DNA from: Candidatus Latescibacterota bacterium
GTDB lineage: Bacteria > Latescibacterota > UBA2968
Direction: 5' to 3'
Assembly (NCBI GenBank): GCA_965204375.1
Contig: OZ241986.1
Span: forward strand, 1,376,001 to 1,440,000
Length of the DNA stretch: 64,000 nt
The notes beneath the pieces were generated by a model. That model searched no databases and was not told the origin of the DNA. It worked only from the letters and a program-made list of their open reading frames with translations. Below are positions 1-10,501 of the stretch, one piece after another. Numbering within the stretch: the first letter of the stretch is position 1; every line of letters begins with the position of its first letter. The position numbers and the translations under genes are program-made.

Positions 1-2387
1 GGCAGGTTGAGGAAGAGTGCTGTGCCGCCGTTTGCAACCCATGTGGCGAGATCGGCGAAGCGGGTATCGGGTTTGCCGTTCCAGCCCTGGAGATTGACAA
101 GTAAGAGCTGGTCTGTGGGTGTTTGAGTGGAGAAGTCGGTGGTGTTGGAAAGGTATCTGCTGAGTGCGCCGTTGAGGTCGATTGTCGATATGGATACATC
201 TGGAATGGCGGATTTGCTTTTGTCGAGGACGTAGATGCTGGATTGATTTTTGATGGGGTCTGTATCGCCAGATGTGAATGTCAGTTCGATCTGACACGGG
301 CCTTCGACGCCACGGGTGTTGATTTCGTAAGTCGCCAGGTCTGTGATGCCATTGGGTATTGTTATTTGTTCGTTTATGTCGAGAAGACTCTGTCCGTCGT
401 TTGTGGTGACGCGAAGGGAGAGTGTGCCCGATAGACCGTTTTTGTCATTGACGACGGTGAGCAAGATTTCAACGGATTCGCCTGCATAGACATTTTGTTT
501 GCCGGGGCGAATGGCGACATAACGGTCGGCGAATACTTCTTTGATGGCGTAATAGGGCTTTTTGGGATTGCGGAAGTTGTCGATTAAGCCAGCACCGATG
601 ACCCAATCGCCATCATTGAGCGCGTGGATGCCGATACCTGCGATGTCGGGATTGATGCGACAGGCTTCGGTCATGAGTTTGTTGCCGATGTAGTGGATTT
701 CCTGGCAAGCTTGTACAAAGGCGTGGAAGTTGGGAAAGATTTGATCTGTTCCGGTTTCGCGGAAGACCGAGAGGTACGAATTGAGCAGGCGTTCGTGCAT
801 GCGGTAATCCGGTGTGATGGGATTGCCCTCTTTTTTGTACTGTTCAAAATTTGTTTCGAGATCTGGGATACTGCCATACCCGAGTTCTGAGATATTGGTG
901 AGCAAGTCGGGTTTGATTTTGCTGTTGGTAAACTGGGCGAGTTCTAATCCCAGTTCTTTGAGTTGCGCCTCGGTTTTACCCAACGCGAGCAAATTGTCGT
1001 AACTGCTTTGGGGAAAGGGCGTACCGGGATAGTTGTGTACATCGTTAATGACAATGGGCTCGTAGGATCCGGGAAGGTAAACGCTGCATCCATCGGCAAA
1101 CCCGCCGGCTTCATCGATGATCATGCGGGTGTGGTCGCATTCACGCGCTTTTAAGGATACGCTGTGTTTGAGGCGTTTGAGGCCGTCGCGCGTGATTTCA
1201 TTAAACATTTCCCAGATGACGATGGAGGGGTGGTTGCGGTCGCGTTTGACCATTTCTGTGGCTTCATTTTCGATGCGCTGTTGAGTATATGGGGTGATTT
1301 GGGGCCAGTTGTCCATGCATTCGACGGGGAGCGCGCCTACAAATAGGACGCCCATTTCGTCTGCGAGATCATAGACGATTGGCGGTTGGGGTTTGCGCCA
1401 CGGGCGGATCATGTTGATGTTGCCGTCTTTGATAAGCTGAAATTCTTTTTTTAGAAGATTGAGGTCGCGTGGGTATGCGAGGGAGTGTGGATAGAAGGCT
1501 TCGTTGAAGGTGGTTTTGAGGATGATTTTTTCGCCGTTTAAGTAGAAGTTTTTGCCTTTGGCTGTAAATTCCCGGAAGCCAAAGCGCGTTTTTTCGCTAT
1601 CAGAGGTTTCGTCCTCGAGGGCGACTGTGGTGGTGACGACGTAGAGATTGGGGTCGTCGAGTTGCCAGAGTTTGTGGTTTGCGATGACGAATATTTCTTC
1701 GCGGTGGCTTGTACCGGGATTCAGGTTGATCGTTTCTTGTCCAGAGGCGACCTGTGTGTCACTTTTGTATTCGGTGATTGACCATGTGATGGTCACGGAT
1801 TGTGTTCTCATATCCCGATTTTGAAATGTGTTGGCTATGCTGACTTCGCCCGTGTGGATGTCAGATGTAACGAATGTGTCGTCAACGTACACAGGACCCG
1901 TAGCGATGAGGGATACCGATTGCCAAATGCCACCGGCGATTGCACCGCGCCAGTGTGGCATGTCATCGCGGCCTATGCCATCGATGACTACGTCGCGGAG
2001 GATGAGGGGCGTGATGACGCGAACGACGATGAAGTTTTCGCCTTCGGTTAAGAGGTCGTCGATCAGGATTTCAAAGCCGATATATCCGCCTTCGTGTGCG
2101 CCAGCGGCTTCGCCATTGACCCATATTTCTGCGCGATAGTTGACAGCTTCAAAATTCAGGCGGATAGTTTTGTTTTGCCAGTCATCTGGAAGTGTAAATG
2201 TTTTGCCGTACCAGGCAACGCCTTCGTAATCTTGTTTGAATTCTTCAAGGCATGCGGGAACGGTTATTTGCTCTAAGTCTTCGCAGGCGTAGAAATTTTC
2301 GCGATGTTGTAAGTTGAGTGTGCGGCCCTTGTTGTCGTGATCGTAGATGACTTGCCAGGTTCCGTCGAGCGAGTGGGTTTGTTTCAT
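1..2387 (-). CDS. Glycoside hydrolase family 2 (beta-galactosidase/beta-glucuronidase-like), 3' end runs off the window
   Basis: Not in the ORF track (no stop inside window). Manual translation from ATG at 2387 gives MKQTHSLDGTWQVIYD...YEGVAWYGKTF...IRLNFEAVNYRAEIWVNGEAAGAHEGGY, later KGKNFYLNGEKI and WEMFNEI. These are GH2 sugar-binding-domain and acid/base (NE) motifs. Confidence 0.85.
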   Translation of the reverse strand, partial: MKQTHSLDGTWQVIYDHDNKGRTLNLQHRENFYACEDLEQITVPACLEEFKQDYEGVAWYGKTFTLPDDWQNKTIRLNFEAVNYRAEIWVNGEAAGAHEGGYIGFEILIDDLLTEGENFIVVRVITPLILRDVVIDGIGRDDMPHWRGAIAGGIWQSVSLIATGPVYVDDTFVTSDIHTGEVSIANTFQNRDMRTQSVTITWSITEYKSDTQVASGQETINLNPGTSHREEIFVIANHKLWQLDDPNLYVVTTTVALEDETSDSEKTRFGFREFTAKGKNFYLNGEKIILKTTFNEAFYPHSLAYPRDLNLLKKEFQLIKDGNINMIRPWRKPQPPIVYDLADEMGVLFVGALPVECMDNWPQITPYTQQRIENEATEMVKRDRNHPSIVIWEMFNEITRDGLKRLKHSVSLKARECDHTRMIIDEAGGFADGCSVYLPGSYEPIVINDVHNYPGTPFPQSSYDNLLALGKTEAQLKELGLELAQFTNSKIKPDLLTNISELGYGSIPDLETNFEQYKKEGNPITPDYRMHERLLNSYLSVFRETGTDQIFPNFHAFVQACQEIHYIGNKLMTEACRINPDIAGIGIHALNDGDWVIGAGLIDNFRNPKKPYYAIKEVFADRYVAIRPGKQNVYAGESVEILLTVVNDKNGLSGTLSLRVTTNDGQSLLDINEQITIPNGITDLATYEINTRGVEGPCQIELTFTSGDTDPIKNQSSIYVLDKSKSAIPDVSISTIDLNGALSRYLSNTTDFSTQTPTDQLLLVNLQGWNGKPDTRFADLATWVANGGTALFLNL

Positions 2388-2423
2388 GTGTTGAAAGGTT
2401 CCTTTTCTATAAGAGTTCACGGG

Positions 2424-3425
2424 CTAACGCGGCCGAAACCGGTTTATTGCATCGTCTGCCCGCGCGTGATTTGCATCCATCGTGCGCCCGGCATTGTGCG
2501 GCGTGTGGACCACATTGTGGCGGCCAAGCAGTGGAGAATCCAGACGCACCGGTTCAATGTCCCAGACGTCTGCGGCCAGGGCGAGTTCGTCATTGAGGAC
2601 CCGTTGATACAATGTTTCGGTGTCGCAGATCGCTGCGCGTGTCACCAGAACGACGAGCGATTGATGCGGCAATGTGCGAATGGCCTCCGGGCCAACCAGC
2701 CCACGCGTATCGTCCTTCAGGGGTACCATCGGTGCAAAAATATCGGCATCTTTCACGAGTTCTGAGAGTTCGAAGCATCGCCTGACACCGGCGAGCGTAA
2801 ACGATGCCTCTGGAGCAAATGGATCCCAGACAGCCACATCTGCTCCCATATTCGAACACCACGAAGCGTACCGTCCTCCAATGTTACCAATGCCAACGAC
2901 GCGTACTCGCTTCCCTGCAATGGTGCCGCTCATAAAGCGTGGGTCGTCGCCAAATTGGGCACCCCTTTGTCCGGGTTTGCCAACGTCCGGTTTGTATTTC
3001 CAGGTCTCGTGGCTCTCCATCATTGCCACGTAGGTCTGCGGTATCCGTCGCAATGCACTTATTGTGAGCCCGAGTGCAAATTCAGCAACCGTTTGTCCCC
3101 ATTGAATGGTACCACGAGGGCGAATTATGTCCACCCCACGGGCATGTGCGCTATCGAGGCCAGCGTTTGATTGGCCTGCTGCATCGTGGTAGAGTTCCTC
3201 AAGACCAGAAAATGGCTCGAGATCCTCAGTGTCCGCCGGAAGGCCAAGGAGGACGAGCCGATGTACCGATGAAGGATTCTCCACCATCTGTGGCGCTCGG
3301 GCCCCTTTTGCCTCGGTGCGATAGAGTTCGCACGCTCCCGATTCCTGCCAGCGGCGGTGCCAGTAGTCGGCAGTAAAGGGCCAGGAGGCGTCAAAGCGTT
3401 CGTGAACACAGATTACTGATCTCAT
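2424..3425 (-). CDS. D-isomer-specific 2-hydroxyacid dehydrogenase family protein
   Basis: VAEFALGL, GIGNIG Rossmann motif, ADVWDIEP, TPHNAG catalytic His; GGAG RBS upstream. Confidence 0.85.
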   Translation of the reverse strand: MRSVICVHERFDASWPFTADYWHRRWQESGACELYRTEAKGARAPQMVENPSSVHRLVLLGLPADTEDLEPFSGLEELYHDAAGQSNAGLDSAHARGVDIIRPRGTIQWGQTVAEFALGLTISALRRIPQTYVAMMESHETWKYKPDVGKPGQRGAQFGDDPRFMSGTIAGKRVRVVGIGNIGGRYASWCSNMGADVAVWDPFAPEASFTLAGVRRCFELSELVKDADIFAPMVPLKDDTRGLVGPEAIRTLPHQSLVVLVTRAAICDTETLYQRVLNDELALAADVWDIEPVRLDSPLLGRHNVVHTPHNAGRTMDANHARADDAINRFRPR

Positions 3426-3615
3426 TATCTTCTCCTTTCGTTAGCAGATTGAGTAATAAAACGCAATTTAGCTTACAAATGTATTTAAATCAAGTTTTCA
3501 AGGATGTTACCGATTATTTGTTCTGAGCATTCTCCTTGACACTTCCACTTGAACATCGTAGATAAGACCGGTAAATCGAATGCAGGCAAAGGGCTATAAG
3601 ATAGGAGGAGGGATT

Positions 3616-5001
3616 ATGGCGCCCAATATTGTTTTGTTTCTTACGGATCAGTTGAGACGCGATGCGTTGGGATGTTATGGCAATGAGATTTGTCAGACGC
3701 CGAATCTGGATCAACTCGCAGAGGAGGGTGTGCGATTTGATCAGGCATATACCACAAGTCCTGTTTGTTCACCCGCGCGCGCTTCTTTGATGAGCGGCCT
3801 TTATCCGCACAATCACGGGGTGATGCTCAATACGCATATCGCGCCTGCGTGGAGCAGGGGATTGTCAACAGATGTGCCGACGTTTAGCCGTTTGCTCAAA
3901 GAGGCGGGGTATGTGCTGGATTATGCGGGGAAGTGGCATGTCCATCAAGATATTGGACCTGAGGAATACGGCTTTGATCGACATAAGATGGGGAGGGGAG
4001 GGCGCGGGAAAATAGTCCCTGGTACAGAATTGATGGTTGAGTTTCCCGGAAGTTCTTTTCCTGTGGCGGGTACAGGTGAGATGTCGCCAGAAGAATACAA
4101 AACGTGGATGGTGACGGATTGTGGGATCGAAATGTTGCGCGAGCGGGCAGAAGGGGATAAGCCGTTTTTTTTGCGAATTGATGCGACAGCACCTCATTTT
4201 GCCAATATTGTTCCGGAGCCTTATGCGTCGATGTACGATCCTGAATCCATTCCGCCCTGGCCAAATTTTGACGAGTCCTTTGAAGGCAAACCCGCGGCTC
4301 ATTTGCGCAAACATCGAGAATGGAATCTTCAAGATAAAGATTGGGCGTGGTGGCGACAGGTGGTTGCCAAATATTACGGCGATGTGTCTCTGATTGATAC
4401 ATGCGTGGGGCGCGTGTTGGATGAGATACGGAAATGTGGGATTGAGGATAATACGATATTTCTTTTTAGTACAGATCACGGCGATGCCACGGGCAGTCAC
4501 AAGCATTTTGAAAAATCCGGTACAATGTACGATGAGGTGTTTCGGGTCCCATTGCTGATGAAAGTGCCGGGGGGCGTAAGTCGCAATGTATCGCAATTTG
4601 TTCGGCTGATGGATTTGATGCCTACATTTGTCGAATGGGGGGGCGGGAAATTGCCCGAGGGACTGGATGCGAGGAGTTTGGTGCCGCTTGTGAATGGCGA
4701 TGATCCCGATGATTGGGCAGATAGTGTGTATTGCGAAAGCCACGGTGAGGTGTGGGGCTATAGCTCGCAGCGAATGGTTCGGACGGAGAAATGGAAATAC
4801 GTATATACGCCTCACGATCTGGATGAGTTATACGATCTCGAAGCCGATCCTGCGGAGATGAATAATCGGATTGATGATCCGATGTGTACCGATGTGTTAG
4901 AGAATATGAAGGGGCGTTTGTTGGGGTGGAATGACGCGACTAATGATATGTTCCAATGGCATTGGGTAAGATTTAATTTCCCAGAGCCGATTGCGCCATA
5001 A
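3616..5001 (+). CDS. Sulfatase (Cys-type S1)
   Basis: PNIVLFLTDQ, CSPAR, GKWH, TDHG. Start moved to ATG 3616 behind AGGAGGAGG. Confidence 0.93.
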   Translation: MAPNIVLFLTDQLRRDALGCYGNEICQTPNLDQLAEEGVRFDQAYTTSPVCSPARASLMSGLYPHNHGVMLNTHIAPAWSRGLSTDVPTFSRLLKEAGYVLDYAGKWHVHQDIGPEEYGFDRHKMGRGGRGKIVPGTELMVEFPGSSFPVAGTGEMSPEEYKTWMVTDCGIEMLRERAEGDKPFFLRIDATAPHFANIVPEPYASMYDPESIPPWPNFDESFEGKPAAHLRKHREWNLQDKDWAWWRQVVAKYYGDVSLIDTCVGRVLDEIRKCGIEDNTIFLFSTDHGDATGSHKHFEKSGTMYDEVFRVPLLMKVPGGVSRNVSQFVRLMDLMPTFVEWGGGKLPEGLDARSLVPLVNGDDPDDWADSVYCESHGEVWGYSSQRMVRTEKWKYVYTPHDLDELYDLEADPAEMNNRIDDPMCTDVLENMKGRLLGWNDATNDMFQWHWVRFNFPEPIAP

Positions 5002-5024
5002 ATAATGGAAAACAAAGGTAAGGC

Positions 5025-5954
5025 ATGGAATATCGCGAGTTGGGAAAAACGGGTTTGAAAGTCTCTGTGCTGAGTTATGGGGCATCTGGTTTGGGCAGTA
5101 TTTATGGAACGCCCGCTGAAGCTCGGGGAATCAAAGCTGTGCATACAGCTATTGACTGCGGGATCAATTTGATTGATACCTCGCCGCTTTACGGTGGAAC
5201 AAAATCGGAAAGCGTGCTGGGGAAGGCTTTGAAAGAGATTCCGCGAGATAAATATTATCTGGCAACCAAAGTTGGGCGTTATGCCGGTGGGGTGTCCGAT
5301 TTTTCAGCCGGACGAATCGTGGAAAGTATGGATGAGAGTCTTATGCGATTGGGGCTGGATTATGTGGATATTTTCCAGTGTCACGATATCGATTTTGTCT
5401 CGCTGGACCAGGTCGTAGAAGAAGCTCTTCCCGCTTTGCGACGGTTGCAGGAGCAGGGGAAGACCAGGTTTGTGGGCATCACCGGATTTCCGTTAAAAGT
5501 CTATCGATATGTGCTCGATCGGACGGATGTGGATACGGTGCTGTCGTTTTGCCACTATATGCTACATGATACGTCCTTTGAAATGCTGGTGCCTTATTTA
5601 AGGAAAAAGGGGGTGGGGATGATCAATGCTTCACCTTTGGGGATGGGACTGTTCACTGAGCGCGGACCAGCGCCAGGTCACCCCGCTACCGAAAAGATCA
5701 AGCGGGTTTGTGCAAAGGCTGTGGCGTCTTGTAAACAGAAAGGCGAAAATATTTCTAAGCTGGCTATGCAATTTGGATTGGCCAATCCAGATTTTGCAAC
5801 GACGCTGGTCGGTACAACACGGCCTGAACATTTGAAAGAGAATATCGAGTGGTTAGAATCGCCGATTAATGAAGTATTGCTTGCTGAGGTGCTTGAGGTC
5901 CTGAAGCCGATACAGAACACAACCTGGGTGCGTGGACTGCCTGAGAACAATTGA
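5025..5954 (+). CDS. Aldo/keto reductase, L-galactose/L-fucose dehydrogenase-like
   Basis: YRELGKTGLKVS, IDTSPLYG, ATKVGRY, LGLDYVDIFQCHDI. Confidence 0.88.
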   Translation: MEYRELGKTGLKVSVLSYGASGLGSIYGTPAEARGIKAVHTAIDCGINLIDTSPLYGGTKSESVLGKALKEIPRDKYYLATKVGRYAGGVSDFSAGRIVESMDESLMRLGLDYVDIFQCHDIDFVSLDQVVEEALPALRRLQEQGKTRFVGITGFPLKVYRYVLDRTDVDTVLSFCHYMLHDTSFEMLVPYLRKKGVGMINASPLGMGLFTERGPAPGHPATEKIKRVCAKAVASCKQKGENISKLAMQFGLANPDFATTLVGTTRPEHLKENIEWLESPINEVLLAEVLEVLKPIQNTTWVRGLPENN

Positions 5955-5967
5955 AATACAGGCTGAT

Positions 5968-7065
5968 CTATACTGCGTATTGTTTCACTGCCTCGGGATC
6001 CAATTCCAGACCCAGACCTGGCTTGTCGGGATTGGGCGACCAGACACCATTGACCGGCTCGGAAAATTCTGTGTAGGTTATCCGGTCGGCTTCTTCCACC
6101 ATGCCGAGGTATTCCACTATTCGCAGATTTGGAGTCGCACAAGATAGGTGCAGGTGGATGAGTTGGTAGGCGTGTGGCGCAACGGGCAGGTTGAAGGCGT
6201 GGGCAAGGTGCGCTACTTTCATCCATTCGGTGATGCCGCCGACCCGGCCCACATCGGGTTGGACGATATCCGCTCCGCCCCGGGCGATGAGGTCTTTAAA
6301 GCCGTATTTGGTGTACTCGTGTTCGCCAGTTGCGATGGGAATCGCGGTGGCGCGAGCAATGGCGGCCAGGCCTTCGATGTCATCGGCCAGTACGGGTTCT
6401 TCAAACCAGCCGATGTTGTATTCCTCAAACGCCTGGGCCATGCGAATGGCTTGCTTGGCGTAGTACCCATTATTTGCATCAACGAGAATCTCTACGTCAT
6501 CGCCCAGTGCTTTCCGCACCGCAGATAGTCGCGCAATATCTTCACCTTCACTTCGGCCAAAATCTTTGCCGACCTTCATCTTGACGGACTTCATGCCGCG
6601 TTCTACATAGCTGGCCTGTTCGGCAATTAATTCATCTACGCTGAAGTGAGTCCAACCGCCACTACCGTAAACCGGGACGGTGTCCGTATAAGGACCGAGC
6701 AGTTTGTAGAGGGGGGTTTGATAATATTTGGCTTTCAGGTCCCACAGGGCAATATCGACTGCTGAAAGGGCACAAAAGGCCAGGCCCTTGCGACCCACAC
6801 CGCGTATGCGCCAGAACATGTCGTCCCACAATTGTTCGATATTAAGTGGGTCCTGACCCATTAGAATGGGTTTGAGCGACCCTTCAATGATCTCACGGGC
6901 GGCCCGGGCGCCTCCTCCAGTGCCCAACCCTTCTAATCCCTCATCGGTAATGATGTGGACAAAGCACTGCGTTCTGCCCTGTTCAAGGTGGCGAATGGTG
7001 GCGTCCTGGATGCCTTTTAGATGGGGCATTGACAGGACGGTTGTTTTTACATCTGTGATTTGCAC
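5968..7065 (-). CDS. Mandelate racemase/muconate lactonizing (enolase superfamily) protein, probable sugar-acid dehydratase
   Basis: SAVDIALWDLKAK, KMKVG, metal ligands in VDANN, WFEEP and TGEH; PGLG near C-terminus. Confidence 0.92.
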   Translation of the reverse strand: MQITDVKTTVLSMPHLKGIQDATIRHLEQGRTQCFVHIITDEGLEGLGTGGGARAAREIIEGSLKPILMGQDPLNIEQLWDDMFWRIRGVGRKGLAFCALSAVDIALWDLKAKYYQTPLYKLLGPYTDTVPVYGSGGWTHFSVDELIAEQASYVERGMKSVKMKVGKDFGRSEGEDIARLSAVRKALGDDVEILVDANNGYYAKQAIRMAQAFEEYNIGWFEEPVLADDIEGLAAIARATAIPIATGEHEYTKYGFKDLIARGGADIVQPDVGRVGGITEWMKVAHLAHAFNLPVAPHAYQLIHLHLSCATPNLRIVEYLGMVEEADRITYTEFSEPVNGVWSPNPDKPGLGLELDPEAVKQYAV

Positions 7066-7258
7066 GGTGACGCTCTCCTGAAGGATGTTATGTTATTATG
7101 ATCTGCTGCATCTGTTTAGACCAGAAGATGCCAACCCGTGTTCCCCGATACTCTGGAAAGGTTGGGGGCGATCCGGTTTAGAGTAGATCTGACGAATGCC
7201 CTTGACAGAAGAGTATGCTTTTCAAATCATATTAAAGAAAAGAGGAGGACAAAATAGA

Positions 7259-8059
7259 ATGAATGATACAGCTAATCTACATTGGTCTTTCAATCACGAT
7301 AGAGCGGGGCAGGGGCAGTCTCCAGATTTCGCGCAACAGTTCTGCTCTCTGGTAGAGGGGACGCTGGCAACGACTGTCTCCGGGGATCGCGGAGGCGAAG
7401 TCACCCGCTATACGATTCTCCCCAACTTCAGGCGCGGCTATAAAGGCCCGGCAGACGGCGATGACCTGTCCGTGGGCGAGGTGGTGATCCGCCGGACGGT
7501 CGGAGGTGAGAATCGCTTGCACTATTCTGTTGTGTATCGAAACGCTGCGAGTGGAGAACTTATGGATATGCAATTTACATCCAATAGAGATGCATTTCGC
7601 ACGTTGACCGGCACCTGGTCCGTGCAAGTAGAGAACTGCGCTGGAGACGGTTACAAGAAATTTTCCTGTGACGGCCGTCTTGAGGAGGACGGCTCTGTTT
7701 TCCTTACAACTAACGGACTGGATTTGCGGGCGGGTTCGGCTGACCTATCGGCACCACTGACCTGTAACTGGACGCTGTTTGACGTGATTCCTGCGCTTGC
7801 AGATGATCTGTGGGATTCTGGCGAGGTACAGTGCCTGACGATCCTGGAGGATCTCGAGAAAGTCCGAAACAACGGGCAAGTTCGTTTTCTCGAGTCGTAC
7901 GATTTGCAGTTGGATAGCGATTCGGTTGCACTTACGGGATACGCCCTTATTGCAGAAGGGATGACGCCTTCTTATTGGTGGCTGGATGCACATGGAAGAG
8001 TGCTTATCGCGGCCACTCTGTATCAAACCTTAATCCTGACAGGAGGCGAAAATGCCTGA
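7259..8059 (+). CDS. Hypothetical protein
   Basis: Long ORF with GGAGG RBS before ATG 7259; overlaps the start of the next sulfatase; no motif recognised. Confidence 0.7.
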   Translation: MNDTANLHWSFNHDRAGQGQSPDFAQQFCSLVEGTLATTVSGDRGGEVTRYTILPNFRRGYKGPADGDDLSVGEVVIRRTVGGENRLHYSVVYRNAASGELMDMQFTSNRDAFRTLTGTWSVQVENCAGDGYKKFSCDGRLEEDGSVFLTTNGLDLRAGSADLSAPLTCNWTLFDVIPALADDLWDSGEVQCLTILEDLEKVRNNGQVRFLESYDLQLDSDSVALTGYALIAEGMTPSYWWLDAHGRVLIAATLYQTLILTGGENA

Positions 8060-9506
8060 TCGGCCGAATATTCTGTTTATTAACACGGATCAGCATACAT
8101 GGGATGTGGTGTCGGCATACGGCTACCCTTATGTGAAGACGCCCAATATCGATCGGGTCGTGCGCAACGGTATTTCCTTTATGAGATCGTACTCTACTGA
8201 TCCCGTCTGCGGACCGACAAGAGCCAGTTGGATGACCGGGCGGTACACTTCAGAATTGGGAACGCCGTTTAACGGAGGCCATCTGCACGAAGATATCCCG
8301 GATCTGGGTCAGATTCTCAACAGCAATGGTTACCAGGCATTTCATTCGGGCAAATGGCATGTCGATGGACGCGATGTCCGAAATTCGTTTCAACTTCTTT
8401 ATATTGGTAATCGCCCGATTGGCGCTGGCGGTGGCGAGTACTACGACGGGGCAATTACGCATGCCGCGATCGATTTCTTGAGTCGATACGATGATTCAGA
8501 CCCCTTCTTCCTGCAGGTGCCTTATGTAAATCCGCATGACATTTGTCAATGCGAACACGATCATGAAGAGAAGACCATCCCGGATCCTATTGAGCAGGGA
8601 ATATTAAGCGAAGAGGACCTGCCGCCATTGCCAGCGAATTTCCATTACGATGAACGCGAGACAGTGGTCCACAAGGTAGCGCGCAGGATGGATGAGTGCC
8701 TGATCCACTGGCCGATTCTGCGAAAAGTGCGCCATTGGTCCGAGATCCAGTGGCGATACCTGATGTGGCAACACCATCGTCTGGTCGAAAAAGTAGATAG
8801 CGAGATTGGGTTGCTTCTCGAGGCTCTGGACAAAAGTCGGTTTCGCGATAACACGTTGATCATGTTCACCATGGATCACGGGGAGGCGTATGGACAGCAC
8901 CAGATGTTTCAGAAGTTCTCGCTCTACGAAGCGAGTGTGCGCGTGCCGTTTATTGTCGCTTCTCTGGGTGATAGTCTCGACGTGCCCAAAGATCGTCTGG
9001 ACGAGACCCATTTTGTTTCGGGTGTGGATCTATTTCCCACTGTGTGTGATTACGCGGGCATTGATATAGTAGATGGTGTGCAGGGCCTGAGCCTGAAGCC
9101 GCTGGTAGAAGGTCAGAACCCTGCGTGGCGGGAGTTTGCGTATATCGAGAGCAACGGTTGGGCGCGATCGCTTGTGTTTGATCGCTATAAGTATGTCGGC
9201 GAGTATATCCCCTTTGGGACGGAGCAAGACCTGGAGCCGATTGGACCGGACCCGGACCGAATTGGACTGGAACAGATATTTGATCTGGTCGAAGATCCCG
9301 ATGAGACGCACAACCTGGCATATGAGCCGGAAATGCGGGACATGCTCAAAAGATTCAGACAATTGATGATGGATTTCGAAGGGCGGCTGAACCGGCGAAG
9401 GATGACGGCCCAACGGCCTGCTGTGCAATTGCTCAATTGGGGAAAGCAAATTCGGGGGTATTGGGATGCACATCCCGAGTTGGAGGAGATGCGGATAAGG
9501 CTGTGA
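8052..9506 (+). CDS. Sulfatase (Cys-type S1)
   Basis: RPNILFINTDQ, CGPTR, GKWH, NPHDIC, MDHG. Confidence 0.93.
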   Translation: MPDRPNILFINTDQHTWDVVSAYGYPYVKTPNIDRVVRNGISFMRSYSTDPVCGPTRASWMTGRYTSELGTPFNGGHLHEDIPDLGQILNSNGYQAFHSGKWHVDGRDVRNSFQLLYIGNRPIGAGGGEYYDGAITHAAIDFLSRYDDSDPFFLQVPYVNPHDICQCEHDHEEKTIPDPIEQGILSEEDLPPLPANFHYDERETVVHKVARRMDECLIHWPILRKVRHWSEIQWRYLMWQHHRLVEKVDSEIGLLLEALDKSRFRDNTLIMFTMDHGEAYGQHQMFQKFSLYEASVRVPFIVASLGDSLDVPKDRLDETHFVSGVDLFPTVCDYAGIDIVDGVQGLSLKPLVEGQNPAWREFAYIESNGWARSLVFDRYKYVGEYIPFGTEQDLEPIGPDPDRIGLEQIFDLVEDPDETHNLAYEPEMRDMLKRFRQLMMDFEGRLNRRRMTAQRPAVQLLNWGKQIRGYWDAHPELEEMRIRL

Positions 9507-9609
9507 TCCGCAGATGGACGCAGATGTGTAGGGGCGATTCCTCTTTAGCTTTGGGGACAAGATACAGAGGCAAACAATTTTGGAAAGCTGCAAAACTACG
9601 GAGGATGTT

Positions 9610-10473
9610 ATGTCTGTATCTGAAATAATCGAATCTTATGTTGAGCAAATGAAAGCAGAGGGCTGGTGTTTGATCGAAGGGGTAATTCCTGAGGATCAGG
9701 TCGATTCTCTTTGTGATCATGTGCAGGAGGGGCATAAAAATGGGCTGAAGTATTATGAAGAGATCGGTGGTTCACTTGTGTTTCAATCTGACGCAGAGGG
9801 CAAACCTCATAGAAATGCAGTGTCGTTTATTCCCGGTCTTGCAGCTTATTTTGGCGATGAACGCGTGGTGGGCATTGCAAAGGCACTGTTGGATCCGCAT
9901 CACATACGTATTGCACAGACAGAGTTTAAGACACGGCAACCCGGTGAGCGAAAGATGGGGCACCGGGGGTGGCATTCAGATTTTCCACACGATTTGACAG
10001 ACCGAGAACGGGCAGGTGTTTTTATAATGCCGTTTCCCAATGTGGTGGCAGGGATTACGGCATTATGGATGTTGTCGGATTTTTCACCAGAGAATGGTGG
10101 CACCTGGGTGGTGCCTCGCAGTCATCGGGATTTGCGGAATCCGCGGAGTCATCTGGACCCGCGCAATCCGCCAGAAATGCACGATGATATTCCGATCAAT
10201 CAATCGATCCCGGGCGAGATTCAGCTGGAAGGAAAAGCAGGGAGTGTGGTGATGATCGACAGTCGAATCTGGCATACGGCGGGAAATAATCCGAGCGATG
10301 AACCGCGAGTGACGATGCTGACGCGGTATTCGCCATGGTGGATGAATCTGGAATTTGGGGGGCGTAATCAGGCGATGGTGCCAAGGGAGATTTATGAAAG
10401 GTTTCCTGAGGAAGTAAAGTTGCTGTATAAGCATCGGGTTGAGGGGGAGGCGAATCCTATTCAGCGATATTAA
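9610..10473 (+). CDS. Phytanoyl-CoA dioxygenase (PhyH) family Fe(II)/2OG dioxygenase
   Basis: WHSD (HxD), ENGGTWVVPRSH, distal His in IWHTAG; GGAGG before ATG 9610. Confidence 0.88.
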   Translation: MSVSEIIESYVEQMKAEGWCLIEGVIPEDQVDSLCDHVQEGHKNGLKYYEEIGGSLVFQSDAEGKPHRNAVSFIPGLAAYFGDERVVGIAKALLDPHHIRIAQTEFKTRQPGERKMGHRGWHSDFPHDLTDRERAGVFIMPFPNVVAGITALWMLSDFSPENGGTWVVPRSHRDLRNPRSHLDPRNPPEMHDDIPINQSIPGEIQLEGKAGSVVMIDSRIWHTAGNNPSDEPRVTMLTRYSPWWMNLEFGGRNQAMVPREIYERFPEEVKLLYKHRVEGEANPIQRY

Positions 10474-10501
10474 TCCCCGGTTCTCAAGAAAGGTTTAGCA
10501 G

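Noticed and set aside
123-2276. Short plus-strand ORFs in the first 2.3 kb
   Set aside because: They lie antisense to the GH2 gene that the ORF track missed because it runs off the window.
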